A stretch of 64,000 nt of DNA from Hormiphora californensis (GCA_020137815.1 CM035350.1:8928001-8992000), one strand, 5' to 3'. Counted from the first letter of the stretch, positions 1 through 12,744 are shown. A program made the numbers and translations. Notes: generated from the letters alone by a model not told the origin.

Positions 1-921
1 AGGGAGTGGGGCCACAGACAGGGTTTCTTAGGGAGAGGGGAACCACAGGCAGGGGGAGAGGGCACTGGGAAGGAAACTTGGGGAGAAGGGACTATAATTG
101 TGGACAGCCGACCTGAAAGGGTTAGCGATCGGGGACATCCTTCACAGTGTAGAAACAATATAGTCGGGGAGCAAGGTACATATTATATCAATATCATGGG
201 GTAAGGTTGTCAGAGTATTGGCCTTACAGGGGTCTGATGTGAGAAACGGAAACAGGTAGTGCCGGGGGTGCAGTAGGCGGGGGGGGGGGGGGGGGGGTGG
301 TGATTAGTAAAACGCAGACAAAGTGCAGGTTTCCCGGTAAATTAGCTGAAAACAACAAGAACAATTAACAAAAATAAAAATATAAAGCGACGACACAGAT
401 AGAGAGAGAGAGAGACAAAATCATTATCATCATAACATTAACCTTAATGGGGCAGCACACACACACATACTCACTCATACTCACTCACTCACACACACGC
501 TCACTCACTAACAGTTTTGCAATAAATATACCTAAGACACACCTCTTGACTTAGTGGTGGCAGGGTTGCATGCTATCATACATATTTTTTAAAGAAACAC
601 GCGGCAGAAAGAGAGTTAATTCACACATACAAAGCTCCAAATACATATGTTATTAGATAATTTAACACAAAGCTGAAATACACACTATTATATAATTATT
701 TTGCGGGGACAGTGATACATTTGCAGAGGTGGGATACCTTTGAGAAATTTCCCAAAATTAGCCACTATAATATTTAGATAACACGAAATTTGCGAGCTCA
801 CATATTATTTGCATATATAATTAATTCATGGTGGTAACGGTAACTCACCATCCAACGACGAACATAACGGGAGAGAGAGAGAGTTTTCTGAGAGCGAGAT
901 ATATCGGAATTCTGATTTTGT

Positions 922-1998
922 TTACTTTTTAAAAGTTTCCGACTCCCCGCCACCTGCAGCAGTGGCTGATCGATGGTGGTGCTGCTGCCCCCTGGACCGG
1001 AAGGAGGATGATCTGGCGTTATTGTTGTACCGGCCCCAATTACTCTGGTACCGGCCCCCTCGTCCCCGGTGTGGTGGGTACATGGGTGGGGGATAGTAGC
1101 ACTGGTCGTAACCGTACTCGTACCGATAGTGGTCCTCAGGCGGAATGTGAGAGCGATGGGGCATGTAACTTTGACGGGCCCGCACTTCTTTAAACGGTGT
1201 TGGTTTAGCGATCCCAGCCCTCAGGGCCTCCTGGTACCATTCCGTATCTATGTAGCTACCCGTGTCACCGTACTCCCCGTGCTCAAAGTATATCGGATCG
1301 TACATCGTGATGGGGTTCTTTCCTTTGATGTCGGAAATCGACTCGAAAACTCGGACGGCCGTCGTGACAAGATCTGAAGCCTCGAAGTTCTGGATTCTGA
1401 CACAGTGTTCTTCTGACTGGGGTAGGGGCAGGGTGTAAACTTGGATGTAGGACTTGGTTTCTTCTTTCACTTTTTTAATCACCGACCCGCCCTTCCCTAT
1501 TATGGCGCTACAACAGTGAGTAGGGACAATCAACCGCAGTTCGAGTTTCTGACTTCCTCCCTCGTATCCCCGAACACTTCTATTTGAGTTATGGTGGATC
1601 TGGAGAGAGGGTAGAAGGGAGGTGAGGGCCATATCAAGACCATCCATTGACGATTGGATGCTCATCACCCTATCTACCGCCCCCTCCATCAGGGGCGACC
1701 CGTTCGAGCCCTGAGCGTAGATGGAGACCTTGGTATCTATCCCTGATGCCTTGGCCTCCTCCTTAATAACTTTCACATGTTCCCCGCCCTTTCCTATGAC
1801 AGCCCTCACCAGATCTTCCCTAACCAAGAACCTAAACACATCGTCCATGATTTTCCGTTTTTTGGTGAACCCCCTGGGTGGAGGGGGACGTTGCTGGTCC
1901 GGGTCTACAAAGGGATCTGGCGGGTCCCGAGCGAGGAATGGTCGGGGTCTTCCACCACCACCTCGGGATGAGGGACGTCGGGCCCCCTTCTCTGACAT
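922..1998 (-). CDS. Intronless two-KH-domain RNA-binding protein (hnRNP K/PCBP-like), paralog A
   Basis: Two KH GxxG motifs (VIGKGGEHVK, IIGKGGSVIK) and a Y/R/G-rich tail. Likely start is the ATG at 1998 (MSEKGARR), preceded by tttgtgtcAG; the ORF-track start at 2097 is not an ATG. Confidence 0.85.
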   Translation of the reverse strand: MSEKGARRPSSRGGGGRPRPFLARDPPDPFVDPDQQRPPPPRGFTKKRKIMDDVFRFLVREDLVRAVIGKGGEHVKVIKEEAKASGIDTKVSIYAQGSNGSPLMEGAVDRVMSIQSSMDGLDMALTSLLPSLQIHHNSNRSVRGYEGGSQKLELRLIVPTHCCSAIIGKGGSVIKKVKEETKSYIQVYTLPLPQSEEHCVRIQNFEASDLVTTAVRVFESISDIKGKNPITMYDPIYFEHGEYGDTGSYIDTEWYQEALRAGIAKPTPFKEVRARQSYMPHRSHIPPEDHYRYEYGYDQCYYPPPMYPPHRGRGGRYQSNWGRYNNNARSSSFRSRGQQHHHRSATAAGGGESETFKK

Positions 1999-2527
1999 CC
2001 ACCTGACACAAACCTTTGGAGTAAAGTTCGTAATTTGGAGTTTGGAAGTTGGGGAATTTGGTGGAGAAATTGGGGAAAATTGGGGAATTTGAGTCAAATT
2101 GGGGAAATTGTTAAATCTGGGAATTGGGAAATTAACAACTCGGACGAGTGAAAAAGATGTAGTAAAATTTGTAATATTATTGAAACAGTGTGTGGGACAT
2201 AGGTATTTTGCTTCAAAATAAATATATCAGACTTCTTCTAGCTCAACTTGGATTGTCCCTCTACATATCACCAATTATGGTAAAATTCGTCAAGATACCT
2301 TTAGGTACACGAACAGTACTACGGCGGCTGTTAAAAGTTAGGATAAAATTGCAAAAGTTGCAAACTTTATACTTTCTGGTTGCCCATTGATCAATTGGTT
2401 TAAAAGTTTCTCACGCGGGGGGCTGAAGAAGTGTATAATTGAAGTCGGGGGTTTGATACTGTTCAAGATAGTCCCACAGAGAGATCTGCAGCAGGAGGGT
2501 AGGTTAAGACAATGTCAGCACGGTTCT

Positions 2528-3955
2528 CTACACCTGCTCAGCTTTAAATTCCTCCGGTTCCTTATACTCAGCCTCCGGTTGCTCGTGGTAGGCTTGTTGT
2601 GGCTGGTGGTGTTGGGCTCCACCCTGGTATCCCTGAGGGGCGGGTCCACCCCGGGATGGCCTCCTAGCACCCCTTCCACCCCTGCCTCGTGACGTGGGCG
2701 GCCTGGGAGGGAAGGAACCGCCTCGTGGTGGGGCTGGTGAACCTCGACCCCTGGCCGGTGGGTAACCCCTGGAGTAACCTCGGGGTGGGGGCCTCGTGTA
2801 GCCACTAGGGGGTCCCCGTGATCGAGGAGCCCTGGTCCGGGGACGTCGAGGAGGAGGAGGTGCATAGTAACCATAACTCTCATCATATTCTGCAGCTCCG
2901 TAACCATATGGATCCTCTCCATAACCACCACCATATCCAGCATCGTAACCTGCTGCATAAGGGTCCTCGTATCCTGTGGCGTAGGGGTCCTCGTACCCAC
3001 CATATCCCTGATCGTATCCGGCCTCTTCGTAACCACCCTCGTAACCATGGTAACTATGGTCGTAGCTGTGATCTGGGGCGTGTTGTGTTGCTTTGACTTC
3101 TTTAAACGGTGTTGGTTTAGCGATCCCAGCCCTTAGGGCCTCCTGGTACCATTCCGTGTCAACGTAGCTTCCCGTGTCACCGTACTCCCCGTGCTCAAAG
3201 TATATCGGATCGTACATCGTGATGGGGTTCTTTCCTTTTATCTCCGCGATAGCCTCGAAAACTCGGACGGCCGTCACGACAAGATCTGAAGCTTCGAAGT
3301 TCTGGATTCTGACACAGTGTTCTTCTGACTGGGGTAGTGCAAGGGTGTATACTTGGATGTAAGAACTGGTCTCCTCCTTGATACCTTTGATCACTGATCC
3401 TCCTTTACCAATGATGGCGCTGCAGCAGTGAGCGGGGACTATCAGTCTCATCTCAAGTTTTTGACTCCTCTGACCATTATTGAAACCACCTCGGCCACCT
3501 CGTTTGTTTTGGGCAAGTTTGTGGTTTTGATGGATCTGTAGAGAGGGGAGGAGGGAAGTTAGGGCCATGCCGAGACCATCCATAGTGGACTGGATACTCA
3601 TTACTCTGTCCAATGAGCCATCCATTAACGGTGACCCGTTCGAGCCCTGAGCGTAGATGGATACCTTAGTATCTATCCCTGCCTCCTTCGCTTCCTCCTT
3701 AATAATTTTGATGTGTTCCCCACCCTTTCCAATGACCGCCCTCACTAAATCCTCTCTGACTAGAAACCTAAATACATCGTCCATTATTTTCCTCTTCTTG
3801 GTGAATCCATGACCCCCACCTGAGGAGTAGTCTTCATAGGCCTCAGCAGGGCGTTTCTGAGCAAAACCCCGGGAACCACCCCTGGAACTACCTCTGGATC
3901 CACCCCTGCCGCCCCTGGATCGGTTGGAAGGTGGCGTAGGTGCTGCTTCGGCCAT
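2528..3955 (-). CDS. Intronless two-KH-domain RNA-binding protein with RGG and Tyr/Gly-rich low-complexity regions, paralog B
   Basis: 475-aa ORF. KH core is nearly identical in protein to paralog A; N-terminal SRGG repeats; GYEDPY/GYDxG repeats and RGG tail. Confidence 0.9.
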   Translation of the reverse strand: MAEAAPTPPSNRSRGGRGGSRGSSRGGSRGFAQKRPAEAYEDYSSGGGHGFTKKRKIMDDVFRFLVREDLVRAVIGKGGEHIKIIKEEAKEAGIDTKVSIYAQGSNGSPLMDGSLDRVMSIQSTMDGLGMALTSLLPSLQIHQNHKLAQNKRGGRGGFNNGQRSQKLEMRLIVPAHCCSAIIGKGGSVIKGIKEETSSYIQVYTLALPQSEEHCVRIQNFEASDLVVTAVRVFEAIAEIKGKNPITMYDPIYFEHGEYGDTGSYVDTEWYQEALRAGIAKPTPFKEVKATQHAPDHSYDHSYHGYEGGYEEAGYDQGYGGYEDPYATGYEDPYAAGYDAGYGGGYGEDPYGYGAAEYDESYGYYAPPPPRRPRTRAPRSRGPPSGYTRPPPRGYSRGYPPARGRGSPAPPRGGSFPPRPPTSRGRGGRGARRPSRGGPAPQGYQGGAQHHQPQQAYHEQPEAEYKEPEEFKAEQV

Positions 3956-4199
3956 CTAGTCGGAATTTTGGGTTATGGGATTGGGAATTACGGAGAGAGG
4001 ATATTATGAGGCGAAAGGAGAGAGAAATTTGGCAAAAATGTGTAAAACTTTTGGCACAATTAGTTAAATTATGTTTAAAAAACAGTTAAAGTAGTTTGTC
4101 AATTTGTCGTCGCTTAGCTTTCGATAAAATTTACTGACAAATTCTTTCAGCTTTGTGTTTGTGTTTGTGTAATGTCACTGGAAAAATAAGAATACTTAA

Positions 4200-5903
4200 T
4201 AGGCCAGTCACTTTTTGCTTAATTGGTGAACTGAGACATAACAAAGGTTTTCCACTTGCATTGTACTCCTATGGGGTCCTAGAAACACCAAAAAAATTTT
4301 TCACTCCAACCGAGGTGAAGAAAGTGCCCAAAATGGCCACGCCCTTTTTGCCTGTATTTTCAGCCTTGACCAAAAATAGCAACTTTGCTTTGGATTGGAG
4401 TAGAAACGTAAATGAGGGCACTAAAATGTGTAGAATGAGCAGCAGAATCGATTGGTACCAAGCAGAAGTCGTTATCTCATCAGGTTCGAGAGATAATTGG
4501 ATAATTAGGTATGCGCATAACCGTTTTTGAGCCATATGGCTATAGCCGCTCAGGAGCGGTTTCAGAAATTTTGCTCCACAGGAGCTTGTTCAGCATATAA
4601 AAATTAGTGGGGGTAACAAATATGAAGTTTTTATCGCATAAGGTCAATGAGTTATTCAACTATGAAACCCGATAGTTGATTTATCAGTCGTTTGAAGATT
4701 TTGCACGCTCATGATAACTGCTAGCTGGGGGATTTAACACCCTGCTCGCGATTTATCAGGCCAGTGTCCTTTTTCACGCGTTTCTCTTCATTTGAATAAC
4801 ATGCGTGTAAAATTCTAAGTATTGAAAATGTGTGTAAACACACAGTTCTGTCAACAAAAGAAAGGGGAAACATGTCTGCAACACGTTTCAATGTTATCTC
4901 TCTCATATAAGGAGTGAAAAGAATCACATTCCATTCATTTCTCTCTCTCATTGTCTCTTTTACTGTTCAATATCTCTCACTGTGTGTATTGCCCCTAATC
5001 TTTCTCTCTCTTTCTCAAACATGTTAGGAACAGTAGACACTAAGTCTACACACATTTTCAGGGTATCTGTTGACTATTTACCAGCAGTTCTAGTGTGTTT
5101 CACCTTGTGTTGTGTCTCTTATTTGTGTGTAATTACTATCGGGTTTCATAAAATATGAACGTTTGTTAGCCTATAGGGTTATAGGTTTAAATCACCTCCC
5201 CCTCACCCTCGGCTGGCGCCTCGGGATCGGAGTCGGGATTTAAACCAGTTTAATCGCCCTGCCGGGCGATTAAACTCCAGTTGGCTGTCCCCAGCTCGCG
5301 CTGGGAACAGCCAACTTCATAACGCGCCAGTCTACAAACGTTCATACTTCATTTAAAGATCGAAAAATGAGGGTAAAATGAAGGAAAATGAACCAAATTT
5401 CGACTTTTTACCCCCATTTTTCGATCTTTAAAGTTGAATAACTCATTGACCTTATGCAATAAAAACTTCATATTTGTTACCCCCACTAAATTTTATATGC
5501 TGAACAAGCTCCTGTGAAGCAAAATTTCTGAAACCGCTCCTGAGCGGCTATAGCCATATGGCTCAAAAACGGTTATGCGCATACCTAATTATCCAATTAT
5601 CTCTTGAACCTGATGAGATAACGACTTCTGCTTGGTACCAATCGATTCTGCTGCTCATTCTACACATTTTAGTGCCCTCATTTACGTTTCTACTCCAATC
5701 CAAAGCAAAGTTGCTATTTTTGGTCAAGGCTGAAAATACAGGCAAAAAGGGCGTGGCCATTTTGGGCACTTTCTTCACCTCGGTTGGAGTGAAAAATTTT
5801 TTTGGTGTTTCTAGGACCCCATAGGAGTACAATACAAGTGGAAAACCTTTGTTATGTCTCAGTTCACCAAACGGCCCCAAAATGACAAAAAATGACTGGC
5901 CTA
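4200..5903. mobile_element. Non-autonomous foldback DNA transposon, PIF/Harbinger-like
   Basis: Termini TAGGCCAGTCA...TGACTGGCCTA. Near-perfect inverted arms of ~440 bp (4225-4660 vs 5432-5868). TAA on both flanks (4197-4199, 5904-5906). Confidence 0.85.
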
Positions 5904-6040
5904 TAATATCAGCTCACTCCTCCTCATGCACCCTCTCTCTTTTCTCTCTGTGTGTTTCCTCTTTCTCTCACTCTTTCTCTCTATCTCCCTCTCTTTCTTT
6001 ATCTCTCTCACTCTCTCTCTGTACCTCACTCTCTCTCTGA

Positions 6041-7721
6041 TTACCAGGAACTACTCTCGGCAGGGTTATAAGCGGCAGTGGCAGGATTATTCTGCAAATT
6101 ATTGTTCCCTCCTGCTCCTCCGGGGGTTGCGAGTTTCCTTCTGGGTGTGGCAGGCATGGCTGATGCATTTCCTCGGCCGGGGTCCTGGTAGTTTCCAAAG
6201 GCCTGCACACAACATTGTAACATGTACTCAGCAAGGTGGCACTGGACGTTGGTTCCCTCAATTACTATCAATCGCTCCCCCTGACACGCTGAGTCAAAGT
6301 CACCTGGAGCGGTGAGAGGAACCTTTGAGCAGGGAAAATAGAAAACAAAATGGCGTTTGAAAAAAGTTGAAAAAAGTTAGGGAACGGAAAATGAAAAGTA
6401 AGACAAAAAAGAGAAGAAGAAATTGAATAGGAAAAATAATGCCAAACACTAACCAATCTTGAATTTTAGCTCCGGAAGCTCCCCTCACTTCCTTGATCCT
6501 AGCTCCCTTATCTCCGATGATACTGCCAGCCAGATGGTTCTCCAGGGTGACCTCCTTCACTCCAGGAACCTCAGGGTCCATACCGTGGTACTGGGTGAAG
6601 GGGTACTTGCATACAAACTTGCCTAACAGCGAGCCAGCGCTGCAAAGGGCCGCCTCCTGTGCGGATCCGTCCATTCTGTGGAATCAGGGGAAGAGTTAGT
6701 CGGGGAAGGGGAGAGAGTTAACCGGGGAGTGGGGAGAGTTAGTCGGGGAGGGGGAGTTAACCGGGGAGTGGGGAAGTAAGGGGGAGAGTTAGTCAGGGAG
6801 GGGGAGAGTTAGTCGGGGAGGGGGAGAGTTAACCGGGGGTGGGGAAGTAAGGGGGAGAGGTAGACGGGGAGGGAGGGAGAGTTATTCGAGGGGCTCCACA
6901 ACTATATCATGTAGAAGATGGAGATGTGAATGGAAGAAACTTTATCTTGTTCAGACTCAGCCTGGTGCATGAGTTGAAAGTGGAAAAGTTTTAAAAAACT
7001 CACCCTCCTGAATTCCCCCCAAAGTTTTGTCCTTGATCGTTTTGTTGCTGCATCTGGCCCGGGTACCCAGAATTGTAGTCCATGTACGGGGTGTTACTGG
7101 CCCTCTGGAACTGGCCCCACCCTCCCGTACCGGAGGTGTAGTCAGATGGCGGCTTGTTGGAATGCTGGTTTTGTTTGTTTTTGTAGAACTGAGGTTCACC
7201 GCTCGGTTCTTGGTAACCTCCCGCGTTAGGGTCCCGGGGGTATTGCATACCGTCCGCGGGGTTGAACATCTTGTACGGTTTGTGATCCTGTTCTACTGTC
7301 TCTGGAGGGGCGGAGGGGGGGTGTGAGCTAACAATGGACATAATTAGTTCTCACTCTCCAAGTTAGGCCGGATTTAACAGGATTAGACAATTGAAAAAGT
7401 GGGAGGAATGCTGGGAGGTGCTAAACACACCCACACACACAAACCCAACAAACAAGTTACCAAATAGCATTTTCATGCACTGAATGATGTTCTCCTTTTG
7501 TCCTTTGATCAGCAACACCCGCTCATCACTGTTCTGCAGTTTCTGGGGGAAAGCTTTCACGAACACACTGCTCTTAGTTCTGAATTCGTTGATATTGGAG
7601 CCTCCTTTGCCGATGATGGAGCCCATACAGTTGCCAGAGAAGAGGACACATAACTCGGGCTCATTGGAGTTGTTGAACTGGCTTAGACCCTACAGAGTGA
7701 GATGTGTATACAAAGTAGAAG

Positions 7722-7808
<87 letters not shown>

Positions 7809-8567
7809 GAGTCCACGTTTAGAATATCAGAAGAGGCAACGTGAGAAAGAGAGACAGAGAGGGAGAGAGAAAGACTAGAGAGTTAGCTCACACCTACCTC
7901 ATCTATGAGTGGTATAAGTTGAGAGAAGATGGGTTCAATATCATCGTGTCCACAGTCCACTTGGATAACTCTGGCGGTGGGGAGAGAAATAAGGAGGGGT
8001 GGAACAACTTATCAAGACAAATAACAGACAGAACACTGACAGACGGAAACCAAAGCGAGAGAGAGTCTAATAGAGAGATACTGGTGCAGTGGGGGCGGCG
8101 GTTTTCAGTTTTTACCTCTCCTCTGGGTTAGGGCAATCAGGGGTTGATTTAACTTCTATGGAAGCCTTGAAGAGGGAGAAAGGTTTCGGTGAAGAGTGGG
8201 TTAGCTTGGGTTGTGGTAATCGGATCGAGGTGGTAATATCGGTCAGGAGGAGGGTCATGGGACTGATCGGGTCACCTAAAAAGAGGGGGGTTAACTTACC
8301 ATGGGAGAAATCTGACGGAGGTTTTTGATGTTCTCTCCTCCCTTTCCAATCACCCCTCCCGCTATCTGAAAGGAAGAGTTGATTAGATGGGGCTGGGGGG
8401 TAGTTGGATGAGAAGAAAAGTATCTTGAAATTATCAATTCTCTAGACACCCACCTTGTTAGGTACTAGGCATCTGATAAGGAGCGGTTGGGCAACTTTGG
8501 TTCTCTTCTCCGGCTTCACGTCATCGAAACCGAGACCATCAATAGCCCGTTTCTCAGAGGACATCAT
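6041..8567 (-). CDS. Spliced three-KH-domain protein (hnRNP K/PCBP family)
   Basis: Exons: MMSSEKRAID...LLIRCLVPNK | IAGGVIGKGGENIKNLRQ (KH1); GSIIGKGGSNINEFR (KH2); LAGSIIGDKGARIKEVRGASGAKI | GDFDSACQGERLIVIEG (KH3). GT-AG junctions. One apparent extra base near 6465. Confidence 0.8.
7726..7803. repeat. (GA)n microsatellite (intronic)
   Basis: Pure GA run. Confidence 0.95.
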
Positions 8568-9188
8568 CTAGACACTAGAAACAGGGGAGCGGGTTAGAAA
8601 AACAAAGTGCTAGAAGGTCTAGTTTCCTGCAAGTTAAGAGATGTGACAATGTCAAGATCGGAAAATGTGACAAGCTGCAACAGTAGACTCATTTCAAACA
8701 AGAGGGGCTTGTTTTGTTTAGGAGAGGGTTGAACAAGGCAAAGACAGCCGGAACAGAAGTGGAAGAGATGGTGTTGGAGACGCGGGATAGGGCTGAGCAG
8801 CAAAGTGAAATGGTGAGGGGGACGCGCACAATGCTGCGAACACCCAACTTTGCACTGTTCTCCATGCAATGTCTGCTAGTCGTGTGTGCGCTACTTGCTA
8901 ATTTGTCCCACATCAGAGACACACTGGTGGCGTGGGACGTCTCTGTGCTCCAGATAATTCGTACACCCGCACCCGATTTTGCTGAAATGTTTGAGAATTT
9001 AGTGATGAAATCGACACAATAAAACAACGGTAAAAAAGCAAATTCAATAGAGAATACAATTCAGACTCCAATATCAAAAACACATACACTCATAAAAATC
9101 ACCCTATCCAATAACTTTCGAATGCAAAATAAATAATCTGCAGCTAACTCTGTCACCTAGAACTAAGTTTATTCTTGTAAATGTGCCA

Positions 9189-9982
9189 AATTCTGGATGT
9201 CAGATTCAGTCAAGTTTCAGATAGATGTAGTGTTCAAAACGCCATGAGAACCGAAAATTGTAAATACTGTACAACGTACTTCCGACTGTACCCGGAAGTA
9301 CTTTGTAGTGTACTACGGTCAGTACAATGCCTCAGTGTACTCATTGTCAATGAGGCCTAATGAGGCAAAGGTTTTGTTTCAATATGTGCATGAAATATGT
9401 TCATATTATATCAGGTTCCATAGCTGATTATTTCATTGGAATAGAGAAATTAGGCACCAATAATCATTAGCAGGTTCTCATACAAAGCACTCGCATTTAT
9501 TTTAACCGGGTTTTACATCCATGGGAAAACAGTGGCTTCTGAAATTTCAAAATGATAATAATGTGTTAATTAGCAGTGGTACAATTTCCAATTTGCCACA
9601 AAGACAAATAGTGAAGCACCGCTGATAATTAGGCCTCAGGGCATGTCATGGGCCCCATGTCACAATTCACCATGACAACCTTCCCACGAGAAAAAAATGT
9701 TTCCCACCGGCCACCCTAAAATTGTTAGCGAACTTCTTGTGTTGAAATTATCAACTAGACCTAGAACCTGATATTTAGAGGTGTTCAACAATTAATTAAT
9801 TGGTGGCCACTGCAATTATGTTCTGGTAACACAATACTGTTAAACATTACCATGGGCTCATTAGGAGTTAGCACACGATTGAAATTGTACATTTAAATTA
9901 ACACGCCACGCGTTATTGTACTTCTAGGTTTTCTCGTGGCATTTTGAATTTTGAAACTAAGCTGAATCTGATCTCTAGAATT
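9189..9982. mobile_element. Degenerate foldback/TIR element
   Basis: Imperfect inverted ends (aattctggatgtcagattcag...ttcaaaacgccatgagaa vs ttctcgtggcattttgaa...gctgaatctgatctctagaatt) plus further internal inverted matches. Confidence 0.45.
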
Positions 9983-10709
9983 CCAGTCAATGGGATTATA
10001 ATGTAATCAATAACACTCCTCTCTCCAAAGTCTGAGAGACGCCAGTACCAGGAGGTGTACCTATCCTGGAGAAATGTTAAAAGGGAGAGGTGTTATGGCA
10101 AAAACTGGCACTGAATTTCGATATCTACAAGTTACAAGCAGTCAGTTGTAATGTGGTCGAGACTCCAGAAACCAAGGAGTATTGACCAGACCAATAGGAA
10201 ACCTATTTTTAGGCAAACTGCAGCCAGTTTTAATGTAGTTGAGAAACGGGTTTTCAGAAAACAGAGAGTTTTAATCAATCCAATATAAAACCTAATTAGG
10301 CCTAATTTTCTTCCATACAGATGGTAGCCAATTGGGCCGGGGTTCATCATATTTTCAGAGTACAGAGAGGTGGGAAAGATGCTGTAGCTGTAATGTTTTG
10401 AATATTTATTGAAGTGTCATAATTTATTCAGGAGAATCATCGAATGACATTATTCTACTGCAAATATAAATGACTTAGACGATAGGACCCAAAGTAACAG
10501 CTGCCGTCTGGCCTGTCACGATTGAAATTTTTCGGTACCCCAATAATCATAATCACTACGCAAGTAAATTTTAACGATCAATTCATACATAAAATCTAGC
10601 CCTAATCTATTCTATCCGGTCACATGTACGTTAAGGGACCAAACCTTATCAAAACTATTAAACAGCCCTAACTCTGGCTTTGAGAAATTTCTGACATTGC
10701 TCCACCCAT

Positions 10710-11803
10710 GAAAAAGCAGGCCGGCTAGGATAAATCCAGTGCCGGGGGTGCTAATATCCCTTTAAATAACGTTCAGCAACGGTCCTTCCGGTACAGATTT
10801 CTCTGCAGCGTAGCCAGGCGCCACCCCACAACATACACACTCGTGTTGCTTTCGGGTCTCTCATGAGAGCCCCTACCAATCATAGCTTGGTGGATAGGGT
10901 GCTCCAAACGCCCCATGATTTTTAAAATTTTTGATTCAAGAGCTGATCTTTTGTCCAAGTGTGACAAATGACCTCAAATGAAAAAGTACAAAATTTTTTT
11001 GAAATCGGACTTAATTTGGACTAATCGCATAATTAATTATGATTTTACCTGTTGCGCGAGCAAAATGACCGTTTAAGTGACTTCCGGGAAGTTTTGGCGT
11101 TTTTCTTCAACAGTATCCGATCCGGAATGGCCATGTTGTTTATGACTTATGAAGCAACATATGGTCTAAAATGCTTAGTTTTGGAGTTATGGGCGAATTA
11201 GTGAATTATGACGTCACGCGTGTGTATCAAGATGGGTTTGCTGATTGGGGCTAATTGGGTGGACCAAATTGATTTTCGACAAAAGGATCCGCTCCAAAAT
11301 GACTATGTTTATCTATCACTGAAGCAACATATGGTCTAAAATGCTTAGTTTTGGCGCTACGGGCGATTTTATGCCCAGTAAGCTACATGTCACGTGACTA
11401 AGTTATCAAACAGAAAATCGCTCCTAGCTCCAAAACTAAGCATTTTAGACCACATGTTGCTTCATAAGTCATAAACAACATGGCCATTCCGGATCGGATA
11501 CTGTTGAAGAAAAACGCCAAAACTTCCCGGAAGTCAATTAAACGGTCATTTTGCTCGCGCAACAGGTAAAATCATAATTAATTATGCGATTAGTCCAAAT
11601 TAAGTCCGATTTCAAAAAAATTTTGTACTTTTTCATTTGAGGTCATTTGTAACACTTGGACAAAAGATCAGCTAATTTAAAAATTTTCGGGGCGTTTGGA
11701 GCACCCTATTGGTGGACTAGACGACATGCACTAGACCTGAGACCAGGATCGAACCCTGGACCTAATGCATGGGAGGCGAGTGTACTGGCCACTACACCAC
11801 CCA
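10710..11803 (-). mobile_element. tRNA-derived SINE, split by a hAT insertion
   Basis: Minus-strand head TGGGTGGTGTAGTGG...CTCGCCTCCCATGC...CCAGGGTTCGATCCTGG has Pol III A and B boxes and a tRNA-Gly(CCC)-like anticodon region. The body resumes after the hAT element. Confidence 0.65.
10895..11708. mobile_element. Non-autonomous hAT-type foldback element
   Basis: TIR TAGGGTGCTCCAAACGCCCC; ~290-bp inverted arms; perfect 8-bp TSD TTGGTGGA (10887-10894, 11709-11716). Confidence 0.9.
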
Positions 11804-12744
11804 TGAAGAGGATTGAAATTTTGAGATGAGGAAGAACTCGACATAATCTTCCTAATAGCTTTAAAGTTTCAAGTCTCATCAGGCCTCAGGGGGTGGATCA
11901 ATGACTGTGTGAAATTGCACAAAATTGAAATGAGGGCTATTTTGGACTAAATTTGACTAAAGAGGGGTCGTAGAGAGAAGACTGGAAGCTAGGAGGATGA
12001 GAGCACAAGACAGTATGGGTGGCCAATATGACGGAGCCCTACTGTCACTTACATAGGCCAGGCACACGCTTTCCTCCGAGAGCAGAAAAGCCGAAGCGGC
12101 GAGTTTGAAAACTTGGACGTTTTAAAAAAATCCCGAACCAGAATTTTTTTTTGCTATTCAGGTCTGCGCGCGCCGCATTGATGTTTTACAGACTTTGCGC
12201 CTCACGGTGAAAACCATTCGACAGGCGCATTGTTTGATGTGAGTGATGGTTGATTAAACCAACCCGACCTATCACGTGTACGAGCTGCTATTACATGGCA
12301 AACAAGCACGTTATTGACGTCATTGAGGGCATGTGATGAGCACGTCAATCATGCACGTGATCTGCGAGGCGCGCTGTTTACTGCCCGCTGCACAACATGA
12401 ACTTTTGTATAACCAAAGTATGCTCGCGCGTTACGTCAAGTCGGTACACACACGGAGGCGGTGTACTGAGAGAATATTGCACACGCACATTCGGGACACG
12501 GCATCCGTCTTTGCTTTCTCAAACAGGTCATAGCAACACCATATATACATATCTTGGGTGGTACTGAAACGAAATTAACAAAATAGCATTTTTTTTACTT
12601 CTCTACATTTACAACTCCCTTGCATTGTCCCTGGCGCTGTGCCATATTAAAATAAGATGTCCCATCCAAACCCTGATCAGAAATCACCGGAGACTAAACC
12701 GAGAAACATGCAACAATCATAACATGAAGATATACACGTTGTGT

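Noticed and set aside
4153-5880. Mirror-image ORFs (MAQKRLCAY... and ...IRYAHNRF) on both strands
   Set aside because: By-products of the inverted arms of a non-coding foldback element.
8594-9027. Overlapping ~100-aa ORFs upstream of the KH gene
   Set aside because: No motifs or splice support; probably promoter or outron sequence.
11735-11803. Functional tRNA-Gly gene
   Set aside because: Acceptor and anticodon stems do not pair properly, and the sequence continues into a SINE-like body.
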